A stretch of DNA of 20,000 nt from an uncultured bacterium (GTDB lineage Bacteria > CAYUVA01), in contig CAYUVA010000019.1 in assembly GCA_964448115.1 (NCBI GenBank), positions 57,447-77,446 on the forward strand. The letters are read 5' to 3'. Shown here in pieces: positions 1-7,900 of this stretch; position 1 is the stretch's first letter, and each line of letters opens with the position of its first letter. A program made the position numbers and the translations under genes. The notes beneath the pieces were generated by a model. It made no database searches and was not told where the DNA came from. It was given only the letters and a program-made list of their open reading frames with translations.

Positions 1-1
1 G

Positions 2-412
2 CTCCAGGATATGGAGGCAGCACACCTCGCTTGCCTGGAGAGGGAATTCTCGGATATCGAAATCGATGAGCTTGAGGGAGATATCGCAGTCGAAGCCTCC
101 ATATACGATCTAATAGATGCCTATAGGCAGGTGCTTAAAAAACACCCTGAGATACAGACCATAAGCATCGACTACAAGACGCTCTCGGTGCGGGAGAAGA
201 TGACCTATATATTAGAAAGGGTTGCAGAGGGTTCCCTCTCCTTCGCTGACCTTTTTAGTGCCCAGGATAGCATCATGGACATAATCGCCTGTTTCCTGGC
301 GCTGTTGGAGCTTATCCGCCTTAAGGCGGTTCGGGCTGTGCAGGTAAGTCGCTTTGGAACCATACATATTATCCCGGGTGATACCGAGTCGATAACTGAG
401 TTGGAGACATAG
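2..412 (+). CDS. scpA: Segregation/condensation protein A (kleisin), 5'-truncated by window edge
   Basis: Frame is open to the window start. C-terminal winged-helix motif 'SFADLF...IIACFLALLELIRLKAVRAVQVSRFGTIHI' is typical of ScpA. Directly upstream of scpB. Confidence 0.92.
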   Translation, partial: LQDMEAAHLACLEREFSDIEIDELEGDIAVEASIYDLIDAYRQVLKKHPEIQTISIDYKTLSVREKMTYILERVAEGSLSFADLFSAQDSIMDIIACFLALLELIRLKAVRAVQVSRFGTIHIIPGDTESITELET

Positions 413-419
413 GCGACCG

Positions 420-959
420 ATGGAACTGGAGCGCATAAAGTCGATAATCGAGTCGTTGTTGTTCGTGTCCGAGCGCGCCCTGTCATTGGATGACCTGCGC
501 CGGGTATTCGAGGGAGTGGAGCTTGAGCAACTGCGACAAGCCATGATGGAACTGCTCGAGGAATATAGCCTTAACGGGGAGGGAGGAATTATCATAAAAC
601 AGGTGGCTGGAGGATACAAGTTCTACACCGCGCCGCAGAATGAGCTTTGGGTCAAGGAGCTTTTCGCCTACAAGGGGAGAGCCAGGCTATCCAAGGCTGC
701 GCTGGAGACGCTGGCGATAATCGCCTATAGACAGCCGATCAACACCCCTCAGATAGACGAGATAAGGGGCATAGGCTCTATGGGAGTGATCAAGACCTTG
801 TTGAAGAAGCGTCTCATCAAGATCCTTGGTCGCCAGGATGTTATTGGCAGACCGCTTCTTTACGGCACCACCGAGGAGTTTTTGTATCACTTCGGCTTGC
901 AGGATCTAAAGAGCCTCCCCAGAGAGGATGAACTTGAAAAACTGCTCGAGGAGGAGTAA
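420..959 (+). CDS. scpB: SMC-Scp complex subunit ScpB
   Basis: Motifs 'IESLLFVS', 'VAGGY', 'LSKAALETLAIIAYRQPI', 'EIRG', 'GRPLLYGTTEEFLYHFGL..L..LP'. Confidence 0.97.
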   Translation: MELERIKSIIESLLFVSERALSLDDLRRVFEGVELEQLRQAMMELLEEYSLNGEGGIIIKQVAGGYKFYTAPQNELWVKELFAYKGRARLSKAALETLAIIAYRQPINTPQIDEIRGIGSMGVIKTLLKKRLIKILGRQDVIGRPLLYGTTEEFLYHFGLQDLKSLPREDELEKLLEEE

Positions 960-985
960 TCACTCAAAGCTAAGGAGATAAGATC

Positions 986-2125
986 ATGGACTTTTCGCTA
1001 ACTAAAGAGCAGCAACTGGTTCAGGATATGGCAAGAGAACTTGCCCGCAATGACATAAAGCCTAGAGCAGCAAATCTTGATCGTGAACACGGCTGGCCTT
1101 CCGAGAATCTCAAGCAGATGGCTGAACTGGGACTTTTAGGTATGATGATCCCCGAAGAATGGGGCGGAGCAGGAATGGATACGGTCAGCTATGTGCTTGC
1201 CTTAGAGGAGATCGCCGCCGCCTGCGCATCCACGGCAGTGATCATGGGAGTGCATAACTCGCTTATCTGCGATCCATTGCATCGACTCGGCACCCAAAGG
1301 CAAAAAGAAAAATATCTGACCGATGCTGCCCAGGGCAAGTTCATCGGCTGCTTTGCGCTCACCGAGCCGAACGCCGGCTCCGATGTTACCAGGCTCGCCA
1401 CCACAGCAGAAAAGGTCGGCTCCGAGTACATTCTAAACGGAAGCAAGATATTCATATCCATGGCAACACACGCCGAGCTTGCCCTGGTCATGGCAACCAC
1501 AGACCGCCAAAAGGGAACCAGAGGCATTAGCGCCTTTTTAGTAGAGAGCAACTTCAACGGGTACAAGGTAGGCACCGTGGAGAACAAGATGGGGCTGCAC
1601 GCAAGCGGCACCGCCGAGCTTTACTTCGATAACTGCCGCGTCCCCGAAGAGAACCGGCTCGGCGAGGAAGGGCTTGGCTTGATAATAGCTCTAAGCTCCC
1701 TGGATTGCGGTCGGGTCGGTGTGGCAGCACAGGCACTGGGCATATCGCAAGCTGCGCTCGATGATGCGCTCAAGTACAGCCAACAGCGAGTGCAATTCGG
1801 AAAGCCGATCTGCAACTTCCAGGGCATCCAGTGGAAGCTGGCTGACATGCAACTGCGCCTGGAGGCTGCACGACTGCTTACCCACAAGGCTGCCTGGCTG
1901 CGAGATCAGGGCCAACGCATAACCAAGGCAGCATCACTAGCAAAGCTCGCCGCCACCGAGGCTGCCTCGTTCATAACCCACCAGGCGCTGCAGATACATG
2001 GCGGATACGGCTACATGAAGGACTATGATGTGGAGAGATACTTCCGCGATGCCAGGGTAACCGAGATCTACGAAGGCTCATCCGAGATCCAACGAAACAC
2101 GATAGCCAAGGAGATGCTGAGGTAA
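986..2125 (+). CDS. Acyl-CoA dehydrogenase (short-chain/butyryl-CoA dehydrogenase-like)
   Basis: Motifs 'GCFALTEPNAGSD', 'LNGSKIFIS', 'QRVQFGKPI..FQGIQWKLADM', 'ALQIHGGYGY', and catalytic Glu in 'IYEGSSEIQR'. RBS AAGGAG at 972-977. Confidence 0.95.
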   Translation: MDFSLTKEQQLVQDMARELARNDIKPRAANLDREHGWPSENLKQMAELGLLGMMIPEEWGGAGMDTVSYVLALEEIAAACASTAVIMGVHNSLICDPLHRLGTQRQKEKYLTDAAQGKFIGCFALTEPNAGSDVTRLATTAEKVGSEYILNGSKIFISMATHAELALVMATTDRQKGTRGISAFLVESNFNGYKVGTVENKMGLHASGTAELYFDNCRVPEENRLGEEGLGLIIALSSLDCGRVGVAAQALGISQAALDDALKYSQQRVQFGKPICNFQGIQWKLADMQLRLEAARLLTHKAAWLRDQGQRITKAASLAKLAATEAASFITHQALQIHGGYGYMKDYDVERYFRDARVTEIYEGSSEIQRNTIAKEMLR

Positions 2126-2127
2126 CC

Positions 2128-3615
2128 ATGTCTAATACACAGGTACGAACCCGCTTTGCGCCATCGCCGACTGGGCATCTGCACATCGGTGGAGCCAGAA
2201 CCGCCCTTTTCAATTGGCTCTTTACCCGTAAAATGGGGGGCAACTTTATTCTGCGCATCGAAGATACTGATCTAAAACGTTCAACCGAGGAGTCGATCCA
2301 AGAGATTATAAGCGCGCTTCGCTGGCTGGGATTAGATTGGGACGAGGGACCGGATATCGGCGGCGAGTTCGCCCCTTATCGACAGAGCCAAAGGCTCGAT
2401 AAATACCAGGCAGCAGCCGAAAAGCTACTCGAAAAAGGCTCCGCTTATCATTGCTTCTGCGAGGGGAGCCGTTTTACCACCAAAGAGGAGCTATCCAGGC
2501 TGGCTGCCAGCGGCGAAAAGCTCTGCCAGTGCCACGAATTGAGCACGGAGCAGGTGCAGCAGAAAATCGAGGCTGGGAAGGTCCCAGCGGTGCGTTTCAG
2601 GGTCGATCCCGCTCGGAGAATCGAGTTCATCGATACACTACGCGGGCATGTCGAGTTCAAACCTGGCACTATCGAGGATTTTATCATACTCAAATCGGAC
2701 AGGATGAATGGATACGCCATCCCTACATATAACTTTGGCGCCGTGGTCGATGATGTCGATATGAGGATAACTCATGTAATTCGGGGGGATGATCATATCT
2801 CTAATACCCCTCGCCAGATATTGCTTTACGAGGCGCTCGAATACCCGATACCAAACTTCGCACATGTGCCGATGATCCTCGGCGAGGATGGCACCAGACT
2901 GAGCAAACGACACGGAGCTGCCTCGATCCAGGAATTCAAGGAGCAGGGATACATTCAGCAGGCTATGATCAACTTCCTGGTGCTGCTTGGCTGGGCTTAC
3001 GATGATAAACAGACCCTCTTTACGCTCGATGAGCTTATCGAGAAGTTCGAGCTTAGGCGGATAAGCTCCAATCCAGCGCGCCTGAACCTTCAGAAGCTTG
3101 ACTGGATGAACCAGGTCTATCTTAAAGAGATGCCTGCTGATCAGCGCACCCGCCTGGCTATACCGTTTCTGATCAAAGCCGGGCTGTTCGATGAGCGATA
3201 TGCTAAAGAGCATTTCGACTATATAGTCCAGGTGATCCAGGCAATCGGAGATCGCCTGAAGAGGCTCACCGATGCAGCACCGCTGGGTCGATTCCTGTTC
3301 GTTGAGGATATCGAGTACGATGAAAAGGCATTGAAAAAGCACCTGGGCAGCGAGGATAAACGAGCCTTATTGGCTGAGTTGATCCATCGCCTGGAGAAGG
3401 TTGAGCCATTCGATATGGCAACCATCGAGCGCATCATCAAGGATTTCATTAAGGAAAAAGGTATCGGGATGGGCAAGGCGATACAGCCTCTGCGCGTTGC
3501 TTTGACCGGCAGCGCAGTCAGCTTCGGCATCTACGAGATCCTCACCCTGCTAGGCAGGGAGCGAATGGAAAAAAGGGTAAAAAAACTACTTGACAAGATC
3601 GGGTTTGAGACCTAA
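2128..3615 (+). CDS. gltX: Glutamate--tRNA ligase
   Basis: 'RTRFAPSPTGHLHIGGARTALFN' (HIGH), 'LRIEDTD', 'ITHVIRGDDH', 'RLSKRHGA' (KMSKS), anticodon-binding domain 'PLRVALTG'. Starts 2 nt after the acyl-CoA dehydrogenase stop. Confidence 0.98.
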   Translation: MSNTQVRTRFAPSPTGHLHIGGARTALFNWLFTRKMGGNFILRIEDTDLKRSTEESIQEIISALRWLGLDWDEGPDIGGEFAPYRQSQRLDKYQAAAEKLLEKGSAYHCFCEGSRFTTKEELSRLAASGEKLCQCHELSTEQVQQKIEAGKVPAVRFRVDPARRIEFIDTLRGHVEFKPGTIEDFIILKSDRMNGYAIPTYNFGAVVDDVDMRITHVIRGDDHISNTPRQILLYEALEYPIPNFAHVPMILGEDGTRLSKRHGAASIQEFKEQGYIQQAMINFLVLLGWAYDDKQTLFTLDELIEKFELRRISSNPARLNLQKLDWMNQVYLKEMPADQRTRLAIPFLIKAGLFDERYAKEHFDYIVQVIQAIGDRLKRLTDAAPLGRFLFVEDIEYDEKALKKHLGSEDKRALLAELIHRLEKVEPFDMATIERIIKDFIKEKGIGMGKAIQPLRVALTGSAVSFGIYEILTLLGRERMEKRVKKLLDKIGFET

Positions 3616-3618
3616 ATT
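3590..3618 (+). promoter_or_regulatory. Sigma70-type promoter overlapping the gltX 3' end
   Basis: TTGACA (3590-3595), 17-bp spacer, TAAATT (3613-3618, overlapping the gltX TAA). A-tracts just upstream resemble an UP element. Confidence 0.65.
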
Positions 3619-3624
3619 AGATAG

Positions 3625-3749
3625 TAGAGGCGCCTTTGAGGTTGTGTCGTATTCGATATATCGAAACACACGGTGAGGAAACTTAAGCTGTATGGAAACT
3701 AACCCGGTTTCCCCGTCTTGAGAGCATTCTTAGGGCGGGGAGATTTTTT
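3625..3749 (+). ncRNA. Candidate structured leader RNA / sRNA of unknown family
   Basis: Lies between the promoter above and a terminator-like hairpin. Contains hairpins at 3643-3670 (TTCGATATATCGAA core) and 3670-3691 (GAAA tetraloop), closed by GGTT 3640-3643 / AACC 3701-3704. Confidence 0.45.
3708..3749 (+). terminator. Intrinsic terminator / SD-sequestering hairpin directly upstream of the GNAT start codon
   Basis: 16-bp stem 3708-3723/3728-3743 with four G-U pairs (these favour the + strand), GCAT loop, then T6 (3744-3749) and ATG at 3750. The GGGGAG SD-like sequence is in the 3' arm. Confidence 0.75.
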
Positions 3750-4814
3750 ATGCACCAGCAGATCGCATACCGTTTTTATGAGCCTGGAGACGAGGAGGCT
3801 ATAAACGAGCTTTTTAGGCGGGTTTATTCAAGAAAACGCAGCATCGAAGAGTGGAGCTGGAAGTTCTTTTCTCTGCCCATTTCTGAACCTATCATCGGGC
3901 TTGCCTTCACCAGCGATGATCACCTGGTGGGTCATTATAGCATCATCCCGTTTAAGTTTAACTTTATGAATAATGATATCATCGCTTGGCAGATCGTTGA
4001 TATAATGGTTGATGAGCGCTATCGAGGGCGGGACATCTTTCAGAACCTGGTGAAGATGGTTACCCGGCAAAGCCTGAAACGAGGAGCAAAGTTCCATTAT
4101 GGCTATCCCAATCGGGTATCGCTCCCCATCGGCAAGGCAAAGTTCGGCTGGGAGACTGTTTTTGAGATACCCATCTTTTGCAAGTACCTGGGTTTCGATT
4201 ATCTCAATAAAAAAAACATACCCATCGTTGGTGGATTGTTCGATCGTTTCTATCTTAGACCTGGCTTAAAGAAATGCCAAAGCGTACTTAATCAATCCAG
4301 CTATCGTCTGCAAAGAATAGACGATTTCAGTGGGCTGGCAGGCAGCGATCTGTTCGAGCAACTGCGCGAGAATTCTCCTATCTGCACTGTACGCAATGCG
4401 GAATTCCTTGAGCAAAGGTACATGAAACATCCCCATAAGGAATATATTAGCCTGGCAGCTAGTACCGATGAGGAATCGATGGGATATGTCATCCTTGGCG
4501 AGGGGGAGGAGGATAAAGGTGCTCTCTACATAGCTGACATATTCAGCATTGATCGACCATGCATGCAAAGCATGCTTGCACAGGTTATACTTTATGCTTA
4601 TGAGAAGGGCTATGGAGCGCTGAAGTGCTGGGGAGCACCAGGAGCATTGGGCAAGAAACTTGAATATTTTGCACAAGCATTTGGATTTGTTAAAAGACAT
4701 AGCGGGATCGTTCAAGAGGTTTTTTTGTTGAATACTTTGAGCGATAAGGAACGAAAATATCTATTGAACCCAGCGAATTGGTACATAACGAGGGGAGACT
4801 CGGATACAATATAA
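3750..4814 (+). CDS. GNAT-family N-acetyltransferase (probably two GNAT-fold domains)
   Basis: N-terminal 'YEPGDEEAINELFRRVY', acetyl-CoA motif 'DIMVDERYRGRDIF', 'YGYPN..S', 'RNAEFLEQRY..HP' in the second domain, C-terminal 'WYITRGDSD'. Confidence 0.85.
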   Translation: MHQQIAYRFYEPGDEEAINELFRRVYSRKRSIEEWSWKFFSLPISEPIIGLAFTSDDHLVGHYSIIPFKFNFMNNDIIAWQIVDIMVDERYRGRDIFQNLVKMVTRQSLKRGAKFHYGYPNRVSLPIGKAKFGWETVFEIPIFCKYLGFDYLNKKNIPIVGGLFDRFYLRPGLKKCQSVLNQSSYRLQRIDDFSGLAGSDLFEQLRENSPICTVRNAEFLEQRYMKHPHKEYISLAASTDEESMGYVILGEGEEDKGALYIADIFSIDRPCMQSMLAQVILYAYEKGYGALKCWGAPGALGKKLEYFAQAFGFVKRHSGIVQEVFLLNTLSDKERKYLLNPANWYITRGDSDTI

Positions 4815-4901
4815 TCAATTTTATGGCAAGATCTGCATACCACGAACCAGGAGATCGAGGCAGTCAGGGATGACTTCGAGGAGATCTTCGCATCTATTCC
4901 A

Positions 4902-4940
4902 CCTTGCGTTTTTTGCACTCTTTGCGTCTTTGCGTGAGAT
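4902..4940. repeat. Short tandem (C/T)TTGCG-type repeat between convergent genes
   Basis: CCTTGCGT (4902), TTTTGCAC, CTTTGCGT (4920), CTTTGCGT (4928), followed by GAGA. Confidence 0.55.
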
Positions 4941-4971
4941 TCCTTTCCTCCCTCGCGGCTTACGCGTATTT

Positions 4972-7900
4972 CTACCTGAACTCGAAGCGGAACTTTAGTT
5001 CGCCGCCGAAATTGCCCAGCTCGTTGCGCTTGCCCACCAGCACCATGTTGTCGGAAACCTCGTATTCTAGCATTATCAGCGATGACTTGTTGGAGCCCAT
5101 CTGCGTGGAATAGAGCACATAAATATTATCAGCCAACTTTTTCCCAACCGTCAGCCTCGCTGCTGTCATGCCGCTAGATTGCTCTGTCTCGGCTACTGGC
5201 TCTATTCGGAAGCGATCCAAGCCGATCATCTGTGCACGTTTCTCTATCTGATTGGTCAGGTAAGCAGAAGCTAGCGAGGCAGCCTGGGTGGCCATGGTGG
5301 CGTTCCCGGATTCTCCTTTGAGGCTCTCCATTGTCTTGCCAGTAAAAAGCAGCGCAAAGCGATCCACCTCTGGCATTGCCGGGTCGCTGTCCAGGTTGAC
5401 CATGAAGTTGGTGTAATAGCTGCCGCTTACGCTCAGGGTTAGCCTTACATTGTCAATGATACTGGTAGCCCTGAAATCGACCGTCGGGTTTATCTTGACC
5501 GGGTCGATGAAGTCAACCACTGCCGATTCGATGGTGAACTCGTTGTTCCACAGGATCAACTTTCCCTTGCTCGCCTCGATTCGCCCGAAGATGCGCGGTG
5601 AGTCGGTAGTTCCCTGCACCATAAGATCCGCATCCATATACATATTAGCCACATCGTTATCGATTATTATGCTCTGGGGAGCGAGTATATGGATATTGAG
5701 TCGCGGGTTGAAACCGCCGCTTTTCGCCTTTTCCTCGCTCACTCGCCGAGCGGTTACTATGCTCATGCCGGACTCGAAGATCATGTAATTGGGATTGATA
5801 TCCTTGGTGATGCGCAGGCGGTCGATGTTGACCTCCCCTCCTATGTTCATATCCTCAAGGTTGCCGATTATGTTTAGCTTGGCGTGGCTTTTGATAGAGA
5901 GCACCTGTGGCTGGCGGATGCTTATATCCTTTGCCTCAACGATAATATCAACAAAATCAAGCTTAGCGCCATCGAGATTGATGAACCCACTGGTAGAGAT
6001 ATTACCTCCCCCTAAACTCGCCCCCAGTTCCTTGATATTAACCTGATTGCCATCAAAGGTGATGTTCCCCTTGAGATTCTTTACCATCTCCGGGAAGCCG
6101 ATGTACTTGAAGGAGCAGTCATCGAAGGTGATGTTCCCAAAATACTGTGGCGTTTTAGTCGCACCGCTCAGCCGCATCTTGGCATTTATCACCCCCTCGG
6201 TAGCGCCGATGCTCTCCACGAACAGCCCAGCTATATCGAGCTTGATGTTAGAGCTTGCGGTCAGGTCAGCAGATCCCTCCAGATCTGCGCTCCCGGATAG
6301 GGACAAATCGATATAATCGCCCCTAAGGTGGAATGAATCGATCACCATGCGGTTATCCTTGAGCGATACCACCAGTGGTTGCGGATTGTTTATGCCTAGG
6401 TTCATATAATTGAAGTTCAGGTCGCTTATATTAAGCTGCGCGGTCAGGTCTTTTATCTCCAAAAGCTTCCCGTGTACTGATACAACCCCCTGTATGCTTC
6501 CTCTAGGCAGCGAGGAGCTTGTATCCAGAGCCATTGCAGCCAGCGGCGCAAGATCCAGGCGGTTGAACTTGAGATCGAGATCCATAGGCATCTTGTCATT
6601 TAAGGATAATAAGCCATCTATGGTAAGTTGCCCTTGAAAGAGCTGCCCCTTTATACTCGCCTTGTCTCCCTCCAACTTTAAGGCGAGGTCCATGGTTTGC
6701 AAGTCTTTGTTATCGTAAACCAGGTCGTTTAGCTTTATGGCTAGATAAAGCAAAGGCTCCCCGAAGCTCCCCAGCCCCTTGCCTTGTATGTTGAGCTTGC
6801 CAGCGATGGGAAGATCCGCTTTGTCCGGAGGCAAAAGAGACTTCAGTTCCATATCCGCACCGCGCAGATTCAGTGCAAAAGTGTCATCATAGCTAAGCAT
6901 AGCATCCGCCTCGATCGTATTACCCGATTTGGTTATCGACAGCCTGCTTATCTTGATATTGTCGCCATCAGCGCTGAAAGCGACCTTTAGTTCATCAATC
7001 TTCTGCTCGTAGAATGTCGAGCCTGCCAGGTTGATATTCCCGTTCAGTGCTAGGTTCTCGTCCTCCATGTTCAGGCTTGCGATAACATATAGCTTGCCGG
7101 GCTTGATAGCCTCCATCCCCAGCCTGTTTAGCACCGGCTGCGCGGTGAATTCATTTATTGCCAGTTTAGCCTCGATGGCAGGTAGCCCGTCCAAAGCGGA
7201 GTGGATGGCAGCCAGCCGGCTCTTTTTTGTCCCCTTGCGTGTGCCGAGCTTAACCCGTTTTTTAAGATCGACCAGCGCACTTGCAAGCATCTCCTCCTGT
7301 CCGCTTAGGAGCTGTAGCTGGTGCACGGTGAGCTTGTCATCAGCATAGCTAGCCTCCAAGCCGAGCAGGTCGAAGCTCTTGCCATAGACGCTACCCTCTG
7401 TAAAATTGAGCTTCAGCGTCGCCTTGGGTGCATGGATGTTTCCGCCGGCGATGATTCGTCCCTGGTATGCACCGCCTATGCCTAAGCTAGCCAACATCTG
7501 TTCCTGATCTTGAGGAACTTCACTACCAAGTTTCAGCAAGATATTGTCAGCGATATCGACAAGCGGCTTAAGTGAGTCTCCGTTCAGCTTGATATCGACA
7601 TCGAACAGCCCATCCATATCATACTTGCCACTGATAAGGATCTCCCCATGCATTGGAGTTATTCTTGCCTGGCGTAGCTTGACAACCTTCCCCTCCAAGG
7701 CGGCGTCGATGAAAGCTGATAGTTGTGGCTCCTTGTAGCCTGAAAGAGAACCTGTAAGCGAGGTCTTGACTCGTGCTTTGATCGAATCGGGATTGAAATC
7801 GGGCAATTCAATTGAGAGGTCGCCATCGATCTGTCCCCTGTACTTTATCGGCAGGGGAGCGATTTTCTCCAACTGAGCTGCACGAACACCATTGATTGTT

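Noticed and set aside
2638-3342. 234-aa antisense ORF and the many other opposite-strand or alternative-frame ORFs (e.g. within tamB, recN and the radical SAM gene)
   Set aside because: All are shadows of well-supported genes and show no recognisable motifs.
3636-3686. Possible TTG-initiated leader peptide MRLCRIRYIETHGEET
   Set aside because: Weak start, no run of regulatory codons, and no independent evidence of translation.
3620-3710. tRNA after gltX, or a lysine riboswitch (AGTAGAGGCGC start)
   Set aside because: No cloverleaf, properly placed T-arm or CCA end. The region is too short for the lysine aptamer and lacks its other conserved blocks.
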